A stretch of DNA of 26,438 nucleotides from a virus. Taxonomy: Duplodnaviria > Caudoviricetes. The stretch lies in IMG/VR virus record IMGVR_UViG_3300030708_002090, positions 1 through 26,438 of that record; one strand, written 5' to 3'. The notes beneath the pieces are model-generated. The model was not told where the DNA came from. It did not search any database and worked only from the letters and a program-made list of their open reading frames with translations. The first letter of the stretch is position 1. Every line of letters begins with the position of its first letter. A program made the translations under genes and the position numbers. Positions 19,601 through 26,306 of this stretch are shown here, one piece after another.

Positions 19601-22600
19601 GGACAATTGGAGATATTACAGCTCCTCTACCACTATTCAAATCAATTAATGGATTTCTTTCAAAATTCAATATATCAGAGGAACCGTAACCTACACCAGT
19701 GTTAGATAAGTGTATGGATTTTACCGATCCTCTAATTATTGGTTTAAGAACAGCGTCAAAAGTTTTTCCCTCAATAGAGGATATTCCAATTCTACCATCT
19801 ATGGTAACAACAATATCCTGATAATTGAAAATATGAGTTCCTACGCCACTAGAATTAAAACTCTGATATTGTTTTGTGTTATAGAAGAAAGTGGATTGGG
19901 TTGTCCCAACTCCAACAGCAGATAATTTAAATTGATCATTGTTCAACTTAGTAACATAGTACTCTGAAGAATTTGTCAATCCACCCACAACCGTTCCATC
20001 CACGGTATACTTTACAATTTCTCCACTTTCATAACCATGATCTTTAATATTAACAATATTTAAAGAAGTATCAATTCCAGATGCAACACATGTTGTCTTT
20101 TTATTCTCATATCCAGATCCAGGATTTGTTACAACAATAGTTTTTATAACAGACTTACCGTTGTAAGAATTTAAAGACTGAATACCTTCACCAAAATCAG
20201 TAAACGTGATAGTGCTCAATCCAACGGAAGCATCATCAACGTTTTTGTGAAGTGTAATGGTATAATTATCCTTTACGTTCACATAGTATGATGAATCAGA
20301 GGCTAGACCAACCAATGCTTTCTTACCGAAGGTCTTGTATACAACTCTCTCACCTGTTCTAAACTTATGAGATGTGGTGAATCCGATCGTAGATGTATCG
20401 ACTCCAATCCTTGCTGATCCTATTCCAGAAGCATCAAAAGAAACTTCATGAGGAATAGTTGTTAATTTCGCTTCTGCAGTTGCTCCACTACCATTACCAC
20501 CACTGATTTTAACTATTGGCGTATCTAAGTAGTCAAACCCTTTATCAAAAACTTTTATTTCTTTTACACTTCCCTCTACGTGACAAAATCCTGTAGCCGC
20601 AGATCCAACAGAATCTGTTATTCCTAAAACTGGTGGATTGATTACATCATAATCTTCACCACCATTAGTAACTTGAATGGATTCTATAGAACCATAGTAG
20701 CAATAATCATCAGATTTATAATTTAAAACTTCTACGCCATTAACTAAAATTCCAGTATATCCAGACTGAGTTGCATGAACCTTTCCATCAGTTTCTGGAT
20801 GTTTAATTTCTCTAAGTATTTTTTGCGCTTTTATCTTTTCGTTGTAATACTCAAGTTTTTGAATTTTATTTTTAGTGACAGTTATAGTATCTAATCCACC
20901 ACCAACAACTTTAACAAAAATGTTATTGTAGATATTAGATCTACTTTTTGCTAATTTTACTGTGTTTGCATCTATTCTTTTTACGAAATAAATTCCCTCA
21001 GAAAATAATTCACTTATAACATAACTTTGTTCGACTATATCACCTCCAGAGTTAGTTGTTTTAACTATTCCTTTTTCTGGTTCATAGTAAACAGCATCAC
21101 CAGTATAAAAATTATGATCAACACCAGTTGTAATTTTTATTTCTTCGCTGTTAGATACAAATTCACCACTAAATTCATATTGCTCAATGTTTGGATTTAA
21201 TTTAACATCAGCGTTTGATGGGAGTGATGTTGAAGATACTAAAACTTTAGATGAATTTGGATCATCGATGATTATATCATGTGGGGTTGAAGTATGTTTT
21301 GCACCAACCATCCTAACACCAGTTTCTGGATGCTCATGAGATGGGCCATAATAAGTTTTTCCATTAACCGTACCAAGATCTGGTTTTAAATATACATTTT
21401 GAACATTAGCTGTTATGATATTTAAATCTGGGTGAATATCAGAATCAATTTTAGTAATTTTTTTAGTTACTTTTTTAATATCATTAGGATCACTGATTCC
21501 AGTTCCTCTAAAAATACAAGCAGTTTCACTGAAAACATCAGTAACTACAAAATCATTTGCTAAAGTAGTTGCAAGTACGTTGGTTAAATTTAACTTGTCC
21601 CCTATTCTTAAAATGTGAGGGTCTTTTGTCTCAAGTCTATATGTATTATTGGTAGAATCAACTAATTTTAGAGATTTTACATCATAATATTGAGCTGTAT
21701 TGAAAATCCAATTATTAGATTTAATATCTTTTGCAACTTTTCCTAAAGATTTAATTTTTACCTTAGATCCTTTTTTCTGATAGTAAGTTTGAGGGGGTAT
21801 TTTTATATCATTTAAAACAGATCTAATTTTTATACGAATACCATCTACAACATCATCATCAAATGCGTATGCATAAGTGTTTTGATCTATGAAAGATCCA
21901 TCAGAAATATTATTAGTTATGCCAGTGGTATTAATTCCTAAAAATTGAGTATTAGTTTTTTCCGAATATGTACAAATTCCTGTTGTTCCGTTTTTATAAT
22001 TAAACGTTAAAGTTCCAGATTTTGGAAATCCAACTGTGGAATCAACATCCAAATATGATTGCCCAATTCCAACATCTCCTATAATGTATGTTTTCGCATG
22101 TGAGGAAAAATTACCATAAAGGAGTTCAGTAGATCCATCATTTTGATTTAAAGAACCATCAATGCTAATTCTATAATATTTTGAATCTGTGGCGATTCCA
22201 GAAACTATTTCTTCAACGTGAGAGACTGGAGCATAGGCTTTTTCAATATTTTCAAAGGCATCTTGAAATAAAGTTCTGTTTAGCAGTTCAGTTGGGTCAC
22301 CAAGAAGTGGTTCAACAATTAAATCTCTACTCTTTCTAAAATTAGCGTCTGATGGACTAATAACATAGTCGATAGGACGAATTATTTCTGCATTTTCGCC
22401 ATATAATGCTTTAAATAGGATTTTAAAGGACTCATCAGTTCCTCTAGATGAATAAAAATCCTTAGAATTCCTTATAAATTGAACTTGATCGAGTTCGGAG
22501 TATAAATCTTTCTCTTCAAGACCACTTAAAAGTTGAACTTTAGTTTTTTTAAGAAATTCTTCTAAAAATAAAATATTTAAGTTCTCTACAGTAGTTCCTA

Positions 22601-23039
22601 CCTCATGGATATCAGACTCTGTTGCAGAAAAAACTAAATTCTCTGAATCATCACCATTTCCAAAAGAAGTTACTCCACTAAAACCTCTAACGCAATTTTC
22701 AAATGTAATACTTGTTTTGCTTTCATATAAAATAATTTCATCTTCAATTTTGATCAAACCATTCGTATCAGGAAATCCGTCAGTGTTCTGAACGTAAATA
22801 TTTCCGTCTCTAAACGCATCAAGGTTATATGTAAGGGTTGTTGATTTTACAACGTTGCCGTTTGAGATTAATTTGATGTAAGAATCAATATTTTGAATCA
22901 AATCAAGTGGCCCACCCTGATATTCTTGACCAGAGTAGTATTGAGATAAAAACTCACCAATTAAAGGAAAATCCTCTTTTACATAAGAGGGTAATTGGCT
23001 CTTAACGACTTGACTAAGTTGTACTCTTTTTTCTGTCAT
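10608..23039 (-). CDS. gp7: Giant baseplate wedge initiator gp7-like protein (4143 aa) with many inserted modules
   Basis: Lies between gp6 and gp8. Carries gp7 hallmarks QLPSYVKEDFP..GEFL.QYY, KDFYSSRGTDESFKILFKALYGE and IHDNEYYQSFSYSIKS...WKDVV...HAAGF. Confidence 0.9.
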   Translation of the reverse strand: MTEKRVQLSQVVKSQLPSYVKEDFPLIGEFLSQYYSGQEYQGGPLDLIQNIDSYIKLISNGNVVKSTTLTYNLDAFRDGNIYVQNTDGFPDTNGLIKIEDEIILYESKTSITFENCVRGFSGVTSFGNGDDSENLVFSATESDIHEVGTTVENLNILFLEEFLKKTKVQLLSGLEEKDLYSELDQVQFIRNSKDFYSSRGTDESFKILFKALYGENAEIIRPIDYVISPSDANFRKSRDLIVEPLLGDPTELLNRTLFQDAFENIEKAYAPVSHVEEIVSGIATDSKYYRISIDGSLNQNDGSTELLYGNFSSHAKTYIIGDVGIGQSYLDVDSTVGFPKSGTLTFNYKNGTTGICTYSEKTNTQFLGINTTGITNNISDGSFIDQNTYAYAFDDDVVDGIRIKIRSVLNDIKIPPQTYYQKKGSKVKIKSLGKVAKDIKSNNWIFNTAQYYDVKSLKLVDSTNNTYRLETKDPHILRIGDKLNLTNVLATTLANDFVVTDVFSETACIFRGTGISDPNDIKKVTKKITKIDSDIHPDLNIITANVQNVYLKPDLGTVNGKTYYGPSHEHPETGVRMVGAKHTSTPHDIIIDDPNSSKVLVSSTSLPSNADVKLNPNIEQYEFSGEFVSNSEEIKITTGVDHNFYTGDAVYYEPEKGIVKTTNSGGDIVEQSYVISELFSEGIYFVKRIDANTVKLAKSRSNIYNNIFVKVVGGGLDTITVTKNKIQKLEYYNEKIKAQKILREIKHPETDGKVHATQSGYTGILVNGVEVLNYKSDDYCYYGSIESIQVTNGGEDYDVINPPVLGITDSVGSAATGFCHVEGSVKEIKVFDKGFDYLDTPIVKISGGNGSGATAEAKLTTIPHEVSFDASGIGSARIGVDTSTIGFTTSHKFRTGERVVYKTFGKKALVGLASDSSYYVNVKDNYTITLHKNVDDASVGLSTITFTDFGEGIQSLNSYNGKSVIKTIVVTNPGSGYENKKTTCVASGIDTSLNIVNIKDHGYESGEIVKYTVDGTVVGGLTNSSEYYVTKLNNDQFKLSAVGVGTTQSTFFYNTKQYQSFNSSGVGTHIFNYQDIVVTIDGRIGISSIEGKTFDAVLKPIIRGSVKSIHLSNTGVGYGSSDILNFERNPLIDLNSGRGAVISPIVLNGRIVDVVVSAGGSDYNSTPEIKIIGIGTGAEVVAETNSVGTIISAKVTKSGIGYGSSTTSLEVIKSGKFANFKTNIQSWRVNSFRKNLANVNSDDVTISTPTNKDLGLQCSYTYAPRELRKILYASSSDGKILFGKKDLTISNNTEANIDAHSPIIGWAYDGHPIYGPFGYAEASGGSITQLKSGYTLNLRTGRPPTSEFPPEFFIEDFLFLDYDDESYLDKNNGRFCVTPEYPNGTYAYFATLESVPSSDGVFKNFKKPVFPYLIGENFNSKPNPFNTQKQSNQDEIDLNKTTWIRNTYPYSISNKNSGYVYTKTSYKDIDQDSVINFVKKGSVDSLGILTGGQNYRVNDKVVFDKEIDSSFVANARVTKVVGPGISTISVVTTNLRNVEFYAASGDSFLGISTVSHNLDNNDIVQITGITTSSSLLDTSIKVGVSTTKLSLSKAVDNVATTGIVTYFSVVGSLNIKENDIFKVGDENVRILNVDRASSRLRVLRQENSTTGTSHTATTVIEDLPRKLFFSAVGVNTAFTNKINTEYYFNPAEAVGLAQSGSTGVGIGTTLGITNPGAGATQIFVPTQAIYLPNHRLETGDVVTYQTNTGSSIGIATHPVVGNGVTNPNTNLLSQHSELFVANLGVDFVGLSTVKVGLSTLGKFVGSASSTSHQGLVFFLGIGTGVYHSLKTVYPRVIRGTVEKNSVTVSAASTHGLTNGDIVSINVDLKNAVTKSLIYNKANRKAISTGLAFTTGGITTSVATGSAEIPNSISISDHGLVTGQKVIHISDNPAEGLESDKEYFAYVVDKDTIRLTLDKFQTTKSLPNFVGIISASNGEIFPVNPPIKLYKNSIVNFDLSDSTLSYSQNATSYAAFDLKFYYDSNFEQEYVSAGSVNDDNKFDVSKTGTIGVTSDAKVTLRLKQNTPSILYYKLDPILDLNNPVVNREIVVDNNLENDSTLLIQNSVYNGDHSAIVISENTFKYDVNSVPEASSYTSATAAMSFDTKSTTAYGSIAEVKLTDKGAGYTEVPGITTIRTSLGSGAILEPGSTTIGKVEKLTVKNIGFDYPSDLTLRPTANFPQTLKIDPLTGFESIGVTSFGRGYNTAPSLVVVDGRTKKTIPGVKLQFVLGQDTVDILENTNSLSNTEPTIIPVGNPNGIRAKNFVYNSSTQEVTVTLKDAFSTNDTFPLEVGDKVLVEGTSVGVGSTGLGFNSENYDYARFEITEVFQNLSSVGVVTFSLSDYLNGGEGEPGVFDAANSTGILVRERDFPQFASTLKTNVFQKGEDVTNDGGDIAEVFEWDIDSKYLVIESSDDFEVGETVTSLQTGSKGIVKEKVSFETSYDLDYFSIVDNGWEYEKGFLNKESQRIHDNEYYQSFSYSIKSKVEFDDWKDVVSTINHAAGFRKYGNLQIESALPTESSTTLKPIADQEVTRVIDLIGSESLNCVDNFDLVSENFLTGSSRNYSDEINFASRLLTDFAESVGNRVLTIDDFSDTFNNNARSTPYSEVFRQRLTDGRSQRFIAYVQDRTFTGERQISIVNGLHDSGRGFSMINQYGDINTVLDLGNFDYVVEGTESVLRYYPNKFTLNDYNVVLFSYNTDANTLGLGTESVSIGSTVIGESDGFTGGLVSIASSAVEIAGGATADIVTLAGIGTTTTGARSAKVLVTVQTDDGSVEYDEVTLIHDGTDVQLMEYGQLTIHSLDAFSSQGNIGTFGASVASDSTLTLNYTPDAGITTASVNTITVGLSSEDYTGIGTYELSFSSIEAKSTSIASTTMPVAVGVASYSDHYDAAYCFVQVSDTTNGRYEVSEVIIIDDYNDESPETVNVVEYGNTQIGSGAFVGLGTISARRSGDGLNYTEVTFTPDAGADIEVKTYMNALRPEENTSVTPGGRSEGGEAQITFGENATIENGLGIYVGTQNSIKRDFNLQHNSLDIFKRNIDGSSTDIVDLSENTLTIPNHFFVTGEELVYAPSTGLGTHAIGIARTTFVGVGSTTQLPSSVFVIKQSDNKIKLARSAEDALKKIAVPLDFTSVGVGTSHSFTAKNQNQKVLISIDNVIQSPVAGTSVTTTLADDAIITTDLIKFSGITSFFGADYIRVGAADTGEIMKIMGVGIGSTNAVRVQRGWMGTNIVGHSTGALITKIRGNYNIVDNKLNFIEAPNGKNPIGTATNPPNERDFTGITTSASFNGRVFMRSGVVGGSEETYADNYLYDDISQQFTGQLRDFKLTVDNGTNVTGVATNNAILLINSIFQEPAANGDYTLSEGSGISSVRFTGTASSVTYDVNNANIPVGGVIISVGSSAGFGYQPLVSAGGTAVVSAAGTITSISIGNTGSGYRSGIQTVNVGVGTSSTGTANIEFIGTAAISGGHIVSVAITNPGAGYTTTNPPYVVFDAPLNYDNIPLSYSSDSPGTGGEQARIDVVVGQGSSIIEFNLSNLGFGYGVNQILTLPIGGTTGIPTTSSSDFEEFKLTIQETDGDIFTAWSIGQLQVLDDFSNLFNGVRKTFPITLNGNAFSIQSLPGSLVKVQDTLLIFVNDILQVPGEAYFFEGGSNITFEEAPKSEDLFKIIFYRGTGGADVIDREVIETVKVGDDLTIGYDRDLKQTPFDLNQTRFLEEDTRTVSEVTSTSSVDTNPYDGRGLSSNTRMTRPVKWCRQIEDRIVGGKEISKNRELYNANIFPTAYLLKSVGIGSTIVNVDNVRPFFNAKNENKVNTDFQKDIVIIDKSEKVSAAATAVVGVGTTVTSIVISEGGKGYTSAPLVSIQNPVGLGTTQRATATATISGGTVTSISVDTGGVGYAQTTHPLVLIGPPTFLTETNTIDSYSGDFGIITGIGTTSLAGVAVTGLVLDLVIPVDSFLRNADITQPSAITASGIGTGDLFTIRNSNVGHGVTSLDDSNGVVGIGTSFIDGVFRAAHVTTGVSTDTPGFGSTTVTQVVVSVNSLNGLTGLAASSFYGEYSWGKLILTDRNKDQEYTVNTSNGITGIETGPVVNRTKSLKVKSYST

Positions 23040-23046
23040 TTTGTTT

Positions 23047-24981
23047 TTATCTTACTATGCTTCCGTTGGTATAACTGGGGCTGACGGTGTAATTTGAACC
23101 TGATGGATCTGAACCAGAACTAATTTGATCAACAATCATTTCAACAGAACTCGTATCAAGTTGCAAATAAAGATCTTGAAGACCGATAATATCATTTGAT
23201 ATAGGAGTTGCTGATATTTCTAAGACCTGTTGACTGTCTTTAGTCTTTCCAGAAGTGATTCTGATTGGATTTAGTGTAATACGACCTGTTTCATAATTAA
23301 CACTACCAACATTTCTCCTTCTTAGAATAGGTGTTACTGAATCAGGGGTTGCAAGAGAGAATAAATTGATTGTTCCTGTCTTTTTATCTGAATTGGGTAG
23401 ATCACTAAGATAAACATCTTCTGTAATATCTATCACCTTAAAAGAAGAGGATTTTATGTTGTAACCATTCATGGATTCAACAAAGAATGGGTTTCCAAAG
23501 TCAATTGCATATTCAGCAAAGGTATCGAGTGCCAACCTCAAGTCTCTTCTGATTTGAAGGGTTGTGATATTGGATGTTACTGATGCATGACTTTGGTCAA
23601 TGGTCTTCAAAAATTGACTATATTTAAATCTTGCGCCATATCTATTTAATTCAGATGATTCGGAGTACTTTGTGATATTATCTTGAATTTTAGAAGCAAC
23701 AAAACTCGCATTTGGTGCTAAATTTGTGTTATAGTATACTTTACTGTTGGTTTCGACGTAAAGATACTTGAGATCCAGAATTTCTGGTACAATTCCAGCA
23801 ACGGAGTATTTTCTAAGATCTCTTTTTATATTTTCTTTGATAGAATTGGGAATAAAGTCACCATTTCTTGGTTTTATACTAATAAAGACTTTTCCGTATT
23901 GTGGTGGAATCAAATCTTCTCCACCATAGACCGAAATAGACTCAGCCTCAGGATAAATTTTGTTTGGAATCAAAATTTCATAATCATTAGCAGTCAGTGC
24001 TCTATTTTGAGTAGCATAAATCTGCGGTGCGTACTTTTTAACAGAATCTACGCTCTCAATCGGTTCTCCGCCACTTGATGGCAGTGTAGAACCAATTAAA
24101 GATATCCCGCTAGTAATATTATATTCAGTGCTTCCCTTTGTATATGCTAATCTACCACTAAAAGCAAAACTACTGACTCCATTAGCAGATTCTCCTGAAG
24201 TTCTAACGTAAGAAACTTCTACAACATTACCATCTTCGAGTTTTTTACCAAAAACACCATCACCAAAGATTATTTCATACTGCTCATCTTCAATTTCCTG
24301 AATATAATAGATTCTTGAGTTTCCGTTGATCGCAGAACCTGTTCCTGAATCAAAAAGATTGTCTTGACGTGAATATTTGAGACTTACTGAAGATGTTTCT
24401 GTTGGTTTGACACTGACCATCAGAGTATCAAGGTCAATTCCATTATTTGAAAGAATAAATCTTTGATCTTTGTCTCTACTATTTGATGTAAACGTTTGAG
24501 AGACTACTGTTCCTTCGTAAATCTCCAATTCGTCAAAAGAAGCAATACCATCAACAACACTAACAGTCTTATCTGCGGTAATTCCAAAGACGAATGATTG
24601 TTGATTGAATTGTCCACCTGTGCTCGCTACAGGCCCCTTCTTTAATACAACTGTTGCTGGTGCAGGACTGATATTTGATACATCTACAAAGAAATTAATC
24701 GAAGCTCTAGATGCTTTCTTAGATCTTGGTACGTACCCTATATTCCTTGCCAGCGCCACGACGTTCTCCCTCAAGGTGGCGCTATCGATGAATACCTCAT
24801 TAGATACCATATTGGCATTATAAGAGGTAATGTAGGTGTTATATGCTAATACGTCGATAATCGTTGACAGATTAGATCCCTCAAAGTCATAATCAGTAAA
24901 ATCTGAATTAGACCTTAGATAATCAATAAGAGTGGTTTTAATCTGGTCAAAATCCAGATTTGAAAAATTTAAAAGAGGCAT
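23047..24981 (-). CDS. gp6: Baseplate wedge subunit gp6 (644 aa)
   Basis: LDFDQIK..L..YL..SDFTDYDFEGSNLS..IDVLAYNT...NANM..NEVFIDSATLRENVV.LAR.IGY.P, IFGDGVFGK, QNRALTANDYE and PPQYGKVFISIKP are gp6/baseplate J-like signatures. Confidence 0.96.
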   Translation of the reverse strand: MPLLNFSNLDFDQIKTTLIDYLRSNSDFTDYDFEGSNLSTIIDVLAYNTYITSYNANMVSNEVFIDSATLRENVVALARNIGYVPRSKKASRASINFFVDVSNISPAPATVVLKKGPVASTGGQFNQQSFVFGITADKTVSVVDGIASFDELEIYEGTVVSQTFTSNSRDKDQRFILSNNGIDLDTLMVSVKPTETSSVSLKYSRQDNLFDSGTGSAINGNSRIYYIQEIEDEQYEIIFGDGVFGKKLEDGNVVEVSYVRTSGESANGVSSFAFSGRLAYTKGSTEYNITSGISLIGSTLPSSGGEPIESVDSVKKYAPQIYATQNRALTANDYEILIPNKIYPEAESISVYGGEDLIPPQYGKVFISIKPRNGDFIPNSIKENIKRDLRKYSVAGIVPEILDLKYLYVETNSKVYYNTNLAPNASFVASKIQDNITKYSESSELNRYGARFKYSQFLKTIDQSHASVTSNITTLQIRRDLRLALDTFAEYAIDFGNPFFVESMNGYNIKSSSFKVIDITEDVYLSDLPNSDKKTGTINLFSLATPDSVTPILRRRNVGSVNYETGRITLNPIRITSGKTKDSQQVLEISATPISNDIIGLQDLYLQLDTSSVEMIVDQISSGSDPSGSNYTVSPSYTNGSIVR

Positions 24982-25383
24982 TTATCTTGTCGGTAATAAT
25001 ACAAACTCTAGCTGCTGTGGTGGAATATCCGCTCCAACAATACGATATTTGATTTTTGCATCAAGAGAGTTGCCATCGAAGTCAGGAGTGACCTCAACAT
25101 CAATCAATGAAACTCTAGGTTCATAATTATTGATTGCAGTTTCGATTTCATCACGAATTGCAAGAGCGGTTACTTCATCAAGATTCTCAAAAAGTAGTTT
25201 TGAGACATTAGAACCGAAGTCTGGATTAAAAAACTTCTCTCCAGGTGACGTTAAAATGATATTACGGACAGAACGGGCAATCGCATTTGCATTTTTAAGC
25301 GCAACAAGATCATTGTTTAAGGGATTAACCTTAAAACTCATACTTACATCTTTAAATGACTGACTTACCCTTTCTAAAGGCAC
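24982..25383 (-). CDS. gp25: Baseplate wedge subunit gp25 (GTG start, 133 aa)
   Basis: AIARSVRNIILT.PGEKFFNPDFGS...LLFE and IETAINNYEPRV are the GPW/gp25 signature; its stop abuts the gp6 start (TAAATG). Confidence 0.95.
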   Translation of the reverse strand: MPLERVSQSFKDVSMSFKVNPLNNDLVALKNANAIARSVRNIILTSPGEKFFNPDFGSNVSKLLFENLDEVTALAIRDEIETAINNYEPRVSLIDVEVTPDFDGNSLDAKIKYRIVGADIPPQQLEFVLLPTR

Positions 25384-25404
25384 TAGAATCTAGCAATTAT
25401 GAGT

Positions 25405-25411
25405 TATTTAT
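25405..25411 (-). promoter_or_regulatory. Putative late promoter (ATAAATA) for gp25-gp6-gp7
   Basis: ATAAATA lies in the 31-nt spacer, 21 nt upstream of the gp25 GTG. Confidence 0.75.
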
Positions 25412-25414
25412 TCA

Positions 25415-25615
25415 CTAAAATTCGGTTAATACTGTAGGCTCTGTACCATAATCCCAGTCATCATAGTCATCATCATTGCGAATCTTCTCATGAATCTCTT
25501 TTTGCACCTTAAAATTGTGTTTTTTGGGTGTTAGGTCATCATTTGCGATCTCACGAAGCATTTTTTGGTGCTGATCGTTACCTAAATTGTCTAAAAAGTC
25601 GTTATTCGGAGTCAT
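25415..25615 (-). CDS. Small acidic hypothetical protein (66 aa; start re-called from the 99-aa track ORF)
   Basis: ATG at 25615 is preceded by AAGAGGAAA (SD-like GAGG) and overlaps the upstream gene by only 14 nt; MTPNNDFLDNL...RNDDDYDDWDYGTEPTVLTEF. Confidence 0.75.
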   Translation of the reverse strand: MTPNNDFLDNLGNDQHQKMLREIANDDLTPKKHNFKVQKEIHEKIRNDDDYDDWDYGTEPTVLTEF

Positions 25616-26285
25616 TTTCCTCTTTTTCGGGTGAATTTTCACGTTCTTTTGCAGTTTTCCAGAAATATTCGTCCTCACGACCCATGCCAAGTCGTTCATA
25701 ACCGTTTTCAACACTATAATATTCAGTCGAAACCTTAAAATCAGGCATTTTAGGGTTAACAGGAGTCAAACTATTGTCGTAAATGCGAATTCTATTGTTT
25801 GGATAGAGCGCATACTGCCCATTATCTAGTTCAATTAGGTTTGATGACTTGTGTTCTGCAGGATTTTCACTTGTTGCATAGTCAACGACATCAGGATCCT
25901 GGTGATAATTGTCCAGAGTACACACGTAGGTGCCCTTCTGGATGCCGAAATCCCTTGTATAGAGTTCATAGTCCATTGAACCAATAAACTGCTTCTGAAC
26001 GGCAACTACGCCATAGTCCATACAATTCCAAAACTGTAGGTTAGGTAGATCCATATCAGGATCAGGAGTCTTAGGCTCTGAAAGAAAGGCACTAATCGGC
26101 AGTTTATCGTACATTGCAGCATACTCTGGTAAGTATGTCTCAAAATAAAAAGCACGCCCAGGAATCGACTTTGCCGACACCCAGACGCCTTTTACAAATT
26201 CACCATGACCACTTTGGTGATCGGTGAGATATTCTTTACGAACCCATACCTCAACCGAGGGAAGGTTACAAATTAAAGCAGCCAT
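25602..26285 (-). CDS. Hypothetical phage protein (227 aa)
   Basis: Long, globular-looking ORF on the operon strand. Motifs VRKEYL.D...GHGEF, KSIPGRAFYFE, LPISAF, EHKS and LDNGQYALYPNNR recall a marine-phage family of unknown function. Confidence 0.85.
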   Translation of the reverse strand: MAALICNLPSVEVWVRKEYLTDHQSGHGEFVKGVWVSAKSIPGRAFYFETYLPEYAAMYDKLPISAFLSEPKTPDPDMDLPNLQFWNCMDYGVVAVQKQFIGSMDYELYTRDFGIQKGTYVCTLDNYHQDPDVVDYATSENPAEHKSSNLIELDNGQYALYPNNRIRIYDNSLTPVNPKMPDFKVSTEYYSVENGYERLGMGREDEYFWKTAKERENSPEKEENDSE

Positions 26286-26306
26286 TATGAATTAATGTAT
26301 CTTTTC

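Noticed and set aside
10608-23039. Intein, intron or homing endonuclease as the cause of gp7 size
   Set aside because: No intein splice motifs (C/S start with HN-C/S/T end), LAGLIDADG or HNH motifs seen; the frame is uninterrupted and the size is explained by structural repeats.
25616-25714. N-terminal 33 aa of the 99-aa track ORF
   Set aside because: It would overlap the 227-aa gene by 113 nt; the ATG at 25615 with an SD-like GAGG is more plausible.
1245-25987. Other plus-strand ORFs (for example 2895-3218, 3760-4065, 4720-5076, 6280-6714, 11214-11549, 25130-25363)
   Set aside because: They lie opposite long conserved genes and have Ser/Cys/Val/Pro-skewed compositions expected from antisense reading of biased codons.
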